Of a stretch of 64,000 nt of DNA, positions 27,238-36,403 are shown piece after piece. The stretch is from IMG/VR virus record IMGVR_UViG_3300021964_000026, positions 1 to 64,000 of that record. The stretch is one strand, 5' to 3'. The translations under genes and the position numbers were made by a program. Under the pieces are notes generated by a model. The model was not told where the DNA came from. It saw only the letters and a program-made list of their open reading frames with translations, and ran no database searches. Positions within the stretch are counted from its first letter, which is position 1. The number at the start of each line of letters is the position of its first letter. The stretch comes from a virus.

Positions 27238-27579
27238 ATGACCGACAAAAACGAAAACGAAAAACTGAAAGACGAACTAAGACTGCTGAAAGAGGACCTT
27301 GCTGACAAGGAGAACATCATTAACGGGTTGGCTGACGACCTTGATGTGGTGCTGAGTAAGGTGTATATGATTGATGAAATCATCGCCGCGTGGAACGACC
27401 GCTTCCCCGATGACCGCATACATGTTAAACGACCAAAGCGACCCGAAAGCGATTACCTCTTGACCGACAAAGAATGGAAGGAGCGCACGCATATCCCCCA
27501 TCCTCGTGACGCTCTCCTTCGTTCTCTTTCTTCACGCAATGTAAAGCAATTCAACATTGAGACGGGGGAGTGGGAATGA
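27238..27579 (+). CDS. Coiled-coil hypothetical protein
   Basis: GGTGA SD; heptad-like N-terminus; ends in FNIETGEWE. Confidence 0.75.
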   Translation: MTDKNENEKLKDELRLLKEDLADKENIINGLADDLDVVLSKVYMIDEIIAAWNDRFPDDRIHVKRPKRPESDYLLTDKEWKERTHIPHPRDALLRSLSSRNVKQFNIETGEWE

Positions 27580-27866
27580 TTGCCAAAATCGTCTACTTTG
27601 AAACCGGCACAAAAAAAGTGCGCGAAGCAGAAGGTGAATTGCTGTTCGGTGATGCGCTTTTGTCCGAATACATCGGAGTGAAGCGACCCGGCAACGACTA
27701 CATTCTTGTCCCATCAGCCACCATCATTGAGATTCAAACCTGCGAGTTGGATGAGGACCTCTACACCATTGACATTGATTCAATGAAGCGTTCAAAGGCT
27801 CATGCTTTGAAGAGGATGCACATTGACATGGACCGAGACAACACACCCGGAGGCGCATTTCAATGA
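27576..27866 (+). CDS. Hypothetical protein
   Basis: ATGA overlaps at both ends. Confidence 0.75.
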   Translation: MIAKIVYFETGTKKVREAEGELLFGDALLSEYIGVKRPGNDYILVPSATIIEIQTCELDEDLYTIDIDSMKRSKAHALKRMHIDMDRDNTPGGAFQ

Positions 27867-28765
27867 GTCGCATTTACGATGACGGCTCTTCGTATGCGTG
27901 GACGCCCGAAATGGGCGAGGACGGCATCGTTATCCGCATCAGCAAATCAACTGCTGGTTCAATTGGTTGGTGTGTTCAGCAGATGTGGCTTGAGCAAAAC
28001 TATCCGCGCCCACAGGAATTGGTCAAGCACCTCGTTGTTGGTGATGATGTTCACAACGGTCTTGATTTGTTTTATCAATCCATTCAAAGCGATGGTTTGA
28101 TTCAACAGATGATTGACAAGGGGGCTAACATGACATCCTACCTCAAGAAGCACATCCCCTCCGAGAAGACTATCGTTGAAAATCGCCGCGCGGAAAACAA
28201 AGACTTCCCGTTCTATCACGACGATTACTACTACAACATGAATTGGTTGATGGAATATGAAAACGCGCGAATGCGGCTTTCTAAAACCCCATTACCTTTG
28301 GCGAATGAGGTTCGTCTTGAAGTTCGTAGAGACATGGATATTGAAGGCTACGGCACAATCCCTGTCCAATTCGTCGGTATCATTGACCGAGTGTTTGAGG
28401 CAACCGACGGTGGCCTTCTGCTCTTTGAGTTGAAGACCGGTAAATGGAAAGACGCAAAGACCACGGAGATGAGAAAAGAAATGGCTTACTACAAGTTTTT
28501 GATTGACAATGCAGACGCCGACTATTTGAAAGAGCGCGGAATCAATCGCCCTGTCACCCATTGGGGGTGGCGATACTCCGCCGCTGACTATTGGCACAGC
28601 GAGAAAGTCAAGTCCATCAGCGAACGCTCCATGATGAAGCGCGTTAAGGACCTCATCAAAATGTATCTTGACAATCACTTCCCTCCAACGAAGGATGACT
28701 TCAAGTGTTCCTACTGCTCAATGATTGAGTTGTGTCCAAAATATGCAATACAGGTGAGCGAATGA
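27863..28765 (+). CDS. Cas4/RecB-like PD-(D/E)XK exonuclease
   Basis: GIIDRV...ELKTG...EMAYY; N-terminal Cys plus C-terminal CSYC.....C (Fe-S staple pattern). Confidence 0.85.
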   Translation: MSRIYDDGSSYAWTPEMGEDGIVIRISKSTAGSIGWCVQQMWLEQNYPRPQELVKHLVVGDDVHNGLDLFYQSIQSDGLIQQMIDKGANMTSYLKKHIPSEKTIVENRRAENKDFPFYHDDYYYNMNWLMEYENARMRLSKTPLPLANEVRLEVRRDMDIEGYGTIPVQFVGIIDRVFEATDGGLLLFELKTGKWKDAKTTEMRKEMAYYKFLIDNADADYLKERGINRPVTHWGWRYSAADYWHSEKVKSISERSMMKRVKDLIKMYLDNHFPPTKDDFKCSYCSMIELCPKYAIQVSE

Positions 28766-28944
28766 GTGAATATGAATTGATGATGAGTTTGATGCACACC
28801 ATCAAACGGTTAGACGACATGAGAATACTCGGCATCCCGTTCAAACAATGGGATAGCGATTTGCAAGAACAGGTTATGTCAGCGTATGTTGATACGAGAG
28901 ACTACGAATACGATTTGGAGGTTGAAAAAAATGAAGGCGTGTGA
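28762..28944 (+). CDS. Small hypothetical protein
   Basis: AGGTGA SD and ATGA overlap. Confidence 0.6.
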   Translation: MSEYELMMSLMHTIKRLDDMRILGIPFKQWDSDLQEQVMSAYVDTRDYEYDLEVEKNEGV

Positions 28945-29074
28945 GTTGTGTGGAAAGAAAAGCGGCGGTCTTCGTCATACGAGATATACCGCATGCTCAT
29001 CGTGCATTGACAAAGTGCTTGAGTTTGCCATTACTGCTGAAATGAGGTTTGAAAATGAATCCACTTCACTTTGA
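28931..29074 (+). CDS. Small Zn-finger protein
   Basis: CELC...CSSC; GGAGG SD. Confidence 0.65.
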   Translation: MKACELCGKKSGGLRHTRYTACSSCIDKVLEFAITAEMRFENESTSL

Positions 29075-30638
29075 TTTTCCGAAAGAAGTTGGCCTGTTCC
29101 GAAAAATCATTCACGATAACGCGGAGTTTGAACGGTATTGGTCATCGCTACAAAACTCACAATGCGCCTACATGTCAGTCTACGGTTTCCGAGCCGTAAA
29201 GCCAAATGGTCGCCGCGCGGAATACAACACCGCTATCATGAAGCACTTCGTGCTGGACTTTGACAAGAAGTATCGCAAAGGAAGCAACATGGTTGAGGTT
29301 GAGGGCGACGAGGTTGTTGAACAGGTCCGCCGCCTCCAACGGTATCTCCTTGACGAGAACATCAACCACGGCGTTTGGTTCAGCGGCAATGGATTTCACA
29401 TTTGGATTTCACTTGAGAAGACGCACCTCCCATCCAGCGGAACGCAGGTGTCGCACATCAAGGCGGCTGGAAAGAAGGTCATCAATCAATGGAAGAAGGA
29501 CATGGAACTCTACTGCATGGACCCGACTGTGCCATTTGATACTGCGCGTATGATTCGTGTCCCTAACTCCTACAACGCCAAGCAACATGTGCTTCGTTGG
29601 AGCATCCCACTTGAAAGTAATGAGTTGCTTACTTTGTCATGGGATGAGATTTGTGAGTTGGCTCAAAAGCCACGCAACACCGCTTACTTCTACGGTGAGA
29701 AAGGAGTCTACCTTCCTGTCAAGCAAGTGCGAGAAAGCCAATTCAAGGTGTCGGGTGAACCCGTCAACTTTGATACTGTCAAAATGGGTAGCATCAAAAT
29801 CCTCCCATGCCTCATTGAAGCGGCATGTCAAGTGGGAAGCAATCCGCCGCATATCAGCCGCGCGAGTTTGGCTATCTACCTTGCATCGCGCTTGCGAAAC
29901 TTCCTACCCGTTCAACGAACGACTGTCCAAATGCGCGAAGCGCATATCCTCACACTCCACGATTTCATCAAGACCCTTCAATGGGCTGACTACGACCCCA
30001 GCACAACCGAGTATCAACTGCGCTCCATCGTTGATGGTGGCTACACGGAACGATGCGAAAGCCTCATCGGGAAGGGGCTTTGCATCGGGCGTTGTCAACT
30101 GTGGGATAAAACCGGAGAACACCAAGACACTACGGAAACAATTCAACTCACACCTCAAGAAGTCAATGAAACCTATGCTTTAGCGAAACGAGAAGTTGAA
30201 AAACATAGTGAGCGCGTAGGAGAATACTCTCATAACAATGTGTCTTCAACATTTATTGGGTTAAAAGCAGAAGCCGCCGTTAGTTTTTATCTATCGCGAT
30301 TCTTTGATGTGCAAAAAGGCAAAGGCGATTTACAAATCAACGGATTGCCGATTGAGGTCAAAACCGTGACTGAAGAGCAATGGGACAAGTTAGGAAGAAT
30401 GATACCCCCTCGTCAACTCAACAAATATGTAGCCAACAAAGCAATTGTTGTTTGGGCTACTGTTGATTCTTACGACCACACGGATTGCAATGTCAATCTC
30501 AAAGGATGGAATAACGCTTACGAAATCAAAGCAAAAGGCGCGCCTATCAAAACAAGTTGCGACAACATTTGGTTGAAGAACGAAAGAGACATGAAGGAAA
30601 TTGCAACAATTTATTCTGCTTTGAAGGTGATGCAATGA
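29055..30638 (+). CDS. Archaeo-eukaryotic primase (PriS-PriL fusion) with extra C-terminal PD-(D/E)XK-like domain
   Basis: VLDFD, SGNGFH, RMIRVPNS (PriS); LPCL..., PPHISR, C...LCIGRC (PriL Fe-S domain); GLKAE...GDL...IEVKT tail. Confidence 0.85.
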   Translation: MNPLHFDFPKEVGLFRKIIHDNAEFERYWSSLQNSQCAYMSVYGFRAVKPNGRRAEYNTAIMKHFVLDFDKKYRKGSNMVEVEGDEVVEQVRRLQRYLLDENINHGVWFSGNGFHIWISLEKTHLPSSGTQVSHIKAAGKKVINQWKKDMELYCMDPTVPFDTARMIRVPNSYNAKQHVLRWSIPLESNELLTLSWDEICELAQKPRNTAYFYGEKGVYLPVKQVRESQFKVSGEPVNFDTVKMGSIKILPCLIEAACQVGSNPPHISRASLAIYLASRLRNFLPVQRTTVQMREAHILTLHDFIKTLQWADYDPSTTEYQLRSIVDGGYTERCESLIGKGLCIGRCQLWDKTGEHQDTTETIQLTPQEVNETYALAKREVEKHSERVGEYSHNNVSSTFIGLKAEAAVSFYLSRFFDVQKGKGDLQINGLPIEVKTVTEEQWDKLGRMIPPRQLNKYVANKAIVVWATVDSYDHTDCNVNLKGWNNAYEIKAKGAPIKTSCDNIWLKNERDMKEIATIYSALKVMQ

Positions 30639-30874
30639 AAATCAGCGACCAATACATGAAGGTTGGTAGGAAAATAAACAGAAGCCGCAAATCAATTTAT
30701 CACATTCTTCAACGGAACACCGAAGAACGCGACACCTGTTTGTGTGGCGCAATTATTTTTGACACCAACGGTTGGAACATTATTCTTGATGATGATGATG
30801 ATGAACGAAGAGTGTCGCTCAATTGTGAGAAAGCATACAAAAGTGTAGTTCGCGCTAAGAGGTGGAAGCAATGA
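30635..30874 (+). CDS. Small AT-rich hypothetical protein
   Basis: AGGTGA SD and ATGA overlaps; H...CLCG. Confidence 0.65.
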   Translation: MKISDQYMKVGRKINRSRKSIYHILQRNTEERDTCLCGAIIFDTNGWNIILDDDDDERRVSLNCEKAYKSVVRAKRWKQ

Positions 30875-31560
30875 AGCCACCTCTCATCATTGACACCAAT
30901 GAACGCGGTTCACTCGTGTCAGCACTTGAGCGACGCGCAAAATCACGCTCTCCCCGAATTGATGTCTTGCGGCAGAACCTTGTCAACGGCGACTACAAGT
31001 GTGGAGATTGGTTGATTGAAGCCAAGAGCATTGACGACCTCTTCACATCCATGAGAAGCGGACACCTTATGCGACAACTTGACAACATGGATGCAAACGA
31101 TGGCAACTACGGGTTGGTGATTTGGGGTGAGATTGGTGGCTACATTCACCGAGCGCGTGAGCGTGGTTCCACCATCACCGCCAGCCAAGCCCTCAAACAA
31201 ATGACAGGATTCCTCGGTAGAGTTGTAGCCGACTTTGGTTGCCTCATCTACCGCGCACCTAACGCAAGTGAAGCGGCGGCGTTCATGGTCGCCCTGCACG
31301 AGAAAACCTACAAGAAAGCGAGCCGTCATGGTGCGCAAGCCGTTCGGCGCGTATCCACAAACGATGTTCGCAAAGACATGCTCCTTACGATTCCCGGTAT
31401 CGGTCCGGAAATGGTGGAGGCAATCATTGACGCGTGCGGCTCAATTGAAGAAGCCGCATGTGGTGATTGCTTGCGTGATGTTCCCCGCATGGGGAAGGTG
31501 TTGCGCAATCGTGTTGTTGAAGTATTGACCAGCGAAGAAGAAGTTCGCTTTGAAAGGTGA
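30871..31560 (+). CDS. ERCC4/XPF-family structure-specific nuclease with HhH motifs
   Basis: IIDTNE, GDY, IEAKSIDDL (ERKxxxD variant), IPGIGP and VPRMGK HhH motifs. Confidence 0.88.
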   Translation: MKPPLIIDTNERGSLVSALERRAKSRSPRIDVLRQNLVNGDYKCGDWLIEAKSIDDLFTSMRSGHLMRQLDNMDANDGNYGLVIWGEIGGYIHRARERGSTITASQALKQMTGFLGRVVADFGCLIYRAPNASEAAAFMVALHEKTYKKASRHGAQAVRRVSTNDVRKDMLLTIPGIGPEMVEAIIDACGSIEEAACGDCLRDVPRMGKVLRNRVVEVLTSEEEVRFER

Positions 31561-31682
31561 GCGCGCATGTTTGATATTTTATACACAGTCGCAAATTATC
31601 TTTATAAGAAGATAGCGAGAAACAAGAAAACGAGAAATGGTTATAGGCTGACCACCATACCCCAAGAGTCATCCGCCCCCCA

Positions 31683-33128
31683 ATGGAGAGAGTAAGAATG
31701 CCCCAAAGACAATGGAACCAATACACAGCCGTGAAAGAATACCCGATGATGAAGGAATACCTTGAGCGTTTCCGGACGACTTCGTTTTTCAACGAAATCC
31801 CCGGACTCATTTCCTTCTTCTACCTGCAAGGTCAAGCCCTTGTAGACTATGTGCGAATACCCGTTTGGGCTTCGGCCCTTGACCCGCGAATCCATGTATT
31901 TTGGATTCAAGCAACGCGGTCCGGAAAGTCAATCGCATGGGAGTTTACAGGCGAAGTCGCAGACTTGGCAGGGTTGAACATTGACATGTTCACCAGCGGA
32001 ACAGACAGCGCGCTTATCGGGTCAATTGACTCGGTGAGTGATGGCGAAGGTGGATACGAAATCGTGCAGAATGAAGGACTGCTCGGAGGAAAGAAATGTT
32101 TGAACTTTGATGAAGGGTCAATCCTTCTTCAATCCAACCCCAAGCAATTCTTCTCCGAAGTTATCCTTTACCTGCAACAAGCGATGAATCCTGTCGGAAG
32201 CCACAGCAACACCTTGACCAAGCACATGAAGAACGGTAAAGTGGAAACAGAATCCCGCGTATCGTTTTGGATTACCTCGTTTCCGCCCAGCGGTGTCAAG
32301 GAATATGTGCTGACCAAAGGATTGTTTCAGCGTGTCTTGTTGCTCTACCGACCGTGGAGCGATGACATGCGTCAACTCGTTTCGGAGCGACGCATGGAAG
32401 GTGTGTTCAAGAACAAGTTGACCGAAGTGCAATCCCTTGAAGACATCGCCCAACATTTCATCCGCATTCGTGAGAAGACCGAGGCTCGTTTGTTGAGCAT
32501 CGCCAACATGACCCATCAAGAATGGGAAGCCCTCGCACCATCCAGCAAAGAAGAAGTTGCGCGTGGTTGCATGCATGAGATGTTCACCATTGAACCCTCG
32601 GTTCATCCACAACTGATGGCTTCGGTTGAGGAATACTACACGCTTGTCCGAGGGATGGACAAACACCTGTCCGATGTCGTTTGTTCGTTCATTCCGAATG
32701 TCCTCAACTACACGGTGATTTTCGCTACCCACCTCGCTTTGATGCGCGTTGAGCGTGATGGTCTTTCACAAGACGCGGAATGGATTGTAAGTGGTGATGA
32801 TGTTGAGATGGCGACTGAAATCCTCTACGATATATACGAGCAACTTGTCCTTTGGCTTGAGTCCGAGGTTGAAGTCGGAGCAAAGGCCGCTGAAAAAGTT
32901 GCGCGTAAAGAGGAATGGTTGGATGCAATGAAGAGTCTCAAGTCCGTGGAGATTGAAAACAAAGGCGAAGGCTGGGTTCTCAAGAACGACATGTTCCAAC
33001 GCTATGCAAACAAAATGGGCTTGAGCATGCCAAGCGTTTATCGGCGATTCAAGGATGTGGAAAAGATGTTCCGCACCCAGCGTGTCGGTAGCGCAGTCTA
33101 CATTCAAATGAAGGAGGAATCCCAATGA
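31683..33128 (+). CDS. AAA+ ATPase, MCM-like replicative helicase candidate
   Basis: Walker A ATRSGKS, TDSALIG, Walker B NFDEG, GLFQR arginine finger, C-terminal wHTH-like segment. Confidence 0.65.
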   Translation: MERVRMPQRQWNQYTAVKEYPMMKEYLERFRTTSFFNEIPGLISFFYLQGQALVDYVRIPVWASALDPRIHVFWIQATRSGKSIAWEFTGEVADLAGLNIDMFTSGTDSALIGSIDSVSDGEGGYEIVQNEGLLGGKKCLNFDEGSILLQSNPKQFFSEVILYLQQAMNPVGSHSNTLTKHMKNGKVETESRVSFWITSFPPSGVKEYVLTKGLFQRVLLLYRPWSDDMRQLVSERRMEGVFKNKLTEVQSLEDIAQHFIRIREKTEARLLSIANMTHQEWEALAPSSKEEVARGCMHEMFTIEPSVHPQLMASVEEYYTLVRGMDKHLSDVVCSFIPNVLNYTVIFATHLALMRVERDGLSQDAEWIVSGDDVEMATEILYDIYEQLVLWLESEVEVGAKAAEKVARKEEWLDAMKSLKSVEIENKGEGWVLKNDMFQRYANKMGLSMPSVYRRFKDVEKMFRTQRVGSAVYIQMKEESQ

Positions 33129-33727
33129 GCAAAGTGATGGCTATTGACATTGAGACGGCCAACTACTCTCACGAGGTCGGAGGATGGGGCAATACCCACA
33201 TGTTTGAGCCGACCGTCGTTGCCACATGGGACGGCGAAGAAGCACATGTGTTCACCAAAGCCGACGATGCAATTGTAGCAGACGCGCACATGCATCCTCT
33301 TCACCCACGCGACCTTGGTGAACACCTCAAGAAGCATGTTGACTCCGGCGGTATCATCGTTGGACACAACATCCGAGGGTTTGACCTCCCCGTTCTCCGA
33401 GATGCGCTGGACATGCACTATGCTGGCGTGTTGCTCAACAAGAAAGAGAACATCCTTGACACCTCGTGGTCCCTGCGTGAAGCATGTGGAAAGAGCCACC
33501 ACCTTGACTCGCTGTGTAAGCACACGCTGGGTAAAGGAAAAGAAATCATGGATTCAGCAGACGCGCCTGTGGCTTGGAAAGAAGGCCGACACGCGGAAGT
33601 CATCAAATACTGCATCGCAGATTGCAAACTCAACTATGACCTGTTTCTACACGGTAGAAACGAAGGTTTCGTCAAAGGGCGGAACGAGGAAACAGGCATC
33701 GTTGAGGAATACCACATAGGATGGTGA
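33125..33727 (+). CDS. DEDDy RNase H-like 3'-5' exonuclease
   Basis: IDIET, GHNIRGFDLP, YCIAD. Confidence 0.85.
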   Translation: MSKVMAIDIETANYSHEVGGWGNTHMFEPTVVATWDGEEAHVFTKADDAIVADAHMHPLHPRDLGEHLKKHVDSGGIIVGHNIRGFDLPVLRDALDMHYAGVLLNKKENILDTSWSLREACGKSHHLDSLCKHTLGKGKEIMDSADAPVAWKEGRHAEVIKYCIADCKLNYDLFLHGRNEGFVKGRNEETGIVEEYHIGW

Positions 33728-33733
33728 ACCCCC

Positions 33734-35230
33734 ATGACAGAAGAAAGGAAAACAGGAAGAGAAGCCCAAATGAGCAACATTCGTGCCGCTGTGCAAGTGG
33801 CCGAAACCGTGAGGTCAACGCTTGGCCCTGCGGGTATGGACAAAATGCTCGTAGACGAACGCGGAGAAAGCATCGTGACCAACGACGGTATCACGATTCT
33901 CCGAGAACTTGACACCGCACATCCCGGTGCGCAGATGATGGTTCAAGCGAGTCAAACGCAAGAAGAAGTGTGCAAAGACGGAACGACCAGCGTGGTTGTG
34001 CTGGCTGGACAAATGCTGGCCTTGAGCGAGGGATTGCTCATGCGAGGCATTCACCCGCAAACAATTGTGCGCGCATACAACAAAGCATCCAAAATCGCCC
34101 TTGAAAACATGCCGCTTCCCGAAACAAACATCGCTGTTGATGTGGTGGCCGCAACTGCTTTGCGCGGCAAAGCGTCCGAGTCTGCTCTTGGATTCGCCGC
34201 TCAACTCGTTGAAAACGCCGCGTTGACTGTTAATGGCAACCTTGACCGTGTTCGCACACTCACTCAAGCGGGTGGCGACATGAGTGATTCTTACATCCAC
34301 AGCGGTCTTGTTCTCAACAAGACCTTCGTGAATCCCGACTTTACCGGGAAAGAAAATCCGCGCATTCTTCTCCTTGATGGAGGAATTGACGGCTTCAATT
34401 ACGAGGATGTCCAAATGCAAATCAGCGACCCAGCCCAACTTGATGCAATCCGAAAACAAGAGATGCAGATTTTGAGTAGCGTGTCCCACGCTCTTTCCGA
34501 GATGGCTGACATTGTGATTGTCCGAGATGGTGTTCACGAGGCCGTTGCCAAATACCTTGACGCACAGAACATCGGTGTTGTCAGTCGTGTCCAGCAAAGC
34601 GACATGGACAGCATCGCTCGCATCACAGGTATCCCCGTCCACCACCGAATCACCGAAGTTGCTGATGACTACGAAGCGCGTATTGAAGGTTCAATCAAAT
34701 CCATTCGCATTGGCGACCTTGACTATGTGTCGGTTGAAGCGAAGGAAAGCGACACCATCACCATGATTGTTCGGGGCGCAACCCGACAAACGCTGGATGA
34801 ATACGAGCGTGCGTTTGACGACGCTCTTGGTGTGGCTTGTCTCTACTTGAATGACAAGCGACTCTACCCCGGTGGTGGTGCTGTTCTTTCTAACTTGGCG
34901 ATGACTGTGCGTAGTCATGCTACACATGAACGACAGTCTTCTGCTCGTGAGCGTATGTGCATGGAAGCCTTTGCAGATTCCCTTGAAATCATCCCTGCCG
35001 CTATTGCCAGCAACGCTGGTATGGACGCGCTTGATGTGGTGATGGAGTTGCGTTCGGTGACGAACAACTACGGGCTTTACATTGACTTTGCAGGGGAAGG
35101 CTCAATCGGTGATATGGTCAAGCATAATGTGTGGGAACCTGCCGCGCTTGTTGAACAAATCATCAAGTCGGCTACCGAGGTTGCTTGCTCCATCCTTCGT
35201 ATTGATGACATTATCGCGAGGCGTGGTTAA
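33734..35230 (+). CDS. ths: Group II chaperonin (thermosome subunit)
   Basis: STLGPAGMDKML, TNDGITIL, DGTTS, PGGG, ILRIDDII. Confidence 0.95.
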   Translation: MTEERKTGREAQMSNIRAAVQVAETVRSTLGPAGMDKMLVDERGESIVTNDGITILRELDTAHPGAQMMVQASQTQEEVCKDGTTSVVVLAGQMLALSEGLLMRGIHPQTIVRAYNKASKIALENMPLPETNIAVDVVAATALRGKASESALGFAAQLVENAALTVNGNLDRVRTLTQAGGDMSDSYIHSGLVLNKTFVNPDFTGKENPRILLLDGGIDGFNYEDVQMQISDPAQLDAIRKQEMQILSSVSHALSEMADIVIVRDGVHEAVAKYLDAQNIGVVSRVQQSDMDSIARITGIPVHHRITEVADDYEARIEGSIKSIRIGDLDYVSVEAKESDTITMIVRGATRQTLDEYERAFDDALGVACLYLNDKRLYPGGGAVLSNLAMTVRSHATHERQSSARERMCMEAFADSLEIIPAAIASNAGMDALDVVMELRSVTNNYGLYIDFAGEGSIGDMVKHNVWEPAALVEQIIKSATEVACSILRIDDIIARRG

Positions 35231-35355
35231 TGATTGAAGTCTTACTGATTGCCTTCTTGGTGCTGATAGGCATTGAACTTGGCTTCGTCATGCTTGACAT
35301 GATTTACCGCGCGGCAAGCAACATCCCTATCCCGAACTCAAAGGAAGAGGAATGA
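35230..35355 (+). CDS. 41-aa single-pass membrane microprotein (not in the ORF track)
   Basis: MIEVLLIAFLVLIGIELGFVMLDMIYRAASNIPIPNSKEEE; TAATG overlap with the thermosome stop. Confidence 0.65.
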   Translation: MIEVLLIAFLVLIGIELGFVMLDMIYRAASNIPIPNSKEEE

Positions 35356-35356
35356 A

Positions 35357-36394
35357 TCAAACCACATAAGCGCGTCCGCAGTTGTAAGGACATTTAAGCC
35401 CTCTACGCTGTGGGTTGTTGACAAAGTTGGCTGGCTGACCTTCTTGGATGTATTGACCGCACTCTATGCAGTTGCCCCCGTATTTTGCGGGAAATGGGGC
35501 CTTGATGACTCCTTCTTGTTTCATTTTCTCCCAAAACGCATCCTGTCCCGCCCCACCTTCTGTGTTGATTTCACGAAGGTTGGGGTGGACTTCTCGCAAT
35601 TCTTCGGTGAGATTTCTCAAAGCGCGAGTCCCCCTTCCTTCACCACGCTTATCACGGTGCGTTACGAACCCTAAGATGTTGGCTTTGTTGTCTTTGACAT
35701 TCACCACCCCGCGTGTTGACCTGTCGGGGGATTCGTATTGGTATTGGGTGGGTGCTTTTATGTGGTCTGTGAGAAACTTAAAGTCATGCTCAAAAGGGTC
35801 GGGCAAGAATCGGTTGCGATTTGGGTTGCGTGCTTGAAAATCAGTCATGGGTTGAGGTGCGCCAGCGACTTGCTCACCTGTGTTTACATCATGTAGCGGT
35901 GCTTTCAACAAGCGCGCAACAACATCCATCGGCTCGCTGTGGAACATCATATCGTTCTCTTGATTGAATTGCTCTTGTGCTTGAATGAGACAAGCGGAGC
36001 ATACTGACGCGCCCATTTGCTGATTTGATACAGCCGCCTCCTGTCCACTCATCGGTGCGTTGCACATTTCGCATTCAGCGGACTGACCGTAGAGGTTCAT
36101 TTGTGGAGCCTTGACGATGACCATTTTCAGCGTGGAGCCTACGGACGGATGAGAGCGCGCCCTGTTCGTGTGCGTTTCCTCCGGCACAATTTTTCCTTCT
36201 TTCGTGTGGCTCATGTCTTTGCCGCCCTTTCCAGCGACCCCGCGCTTGCGACGCTCCCTCTCCAACTCCCGTCGGTATTTCTTACGCGCGGGCGTAGATT
36301 CGTATTGCGTTTCGTATTTGCGCTTGTGCGCAATGGCGGCGGGAGACTTGGCCTCCTTCTTCATTTTCGTGATGCGCCACCAAAGGTCCGACAT
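35357..36394 (-). CDS. Modular protein: HNH-like + Zn finger + GNAT-like + Zn finger
   Basis: GKDMSH...NRAR; CEMC/CSAC; HRDKRGEGRGTRAL...FWEK (acetyl-CoA-binding pattern); CIEC/CPYNC. Confidence 0.7.
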   Translation of the reverse strand: MSDLWWRITKMKKEAKSPAAIAHKRKYETQYESTPARKKYRRELERERRKRGVAGKGGKDMSHTKEGKIVPEETHTNRARSHPSVGSTLKMVIVKAPQMNLYGQSAECEMCNAPMSGQEAAVSNQQMGASVCSACLIQAQEQFNQENDMMFHSEPMDVVARLLKAPLHDVNTGEQVAGAPQPMTDFQARNPNRNRFLPDPFEHDFKFLTDHIKAPTQYQYESPDRSTRGVVNVKDNKANILGFVTHRDKRGEGRGTRALRNLTEELREVHPNLREINTEGGAGQDAFWEKMKQEGVIKAPFPAKYGGNCIECGQYIQEGQPANFVNNPQRRGLKCPYNCGRAYVV

Positions 36395-36403
36395 GCGCGC
36401 ACC

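Noticed and set aside
27863-28765. Cas4-like gene as a sign of CRISPR-Cas
   Set aside because: No repeat-spacer array or other cas genes are visible; solo Cas4-like nucleases are common in archaeal virus replication modules.
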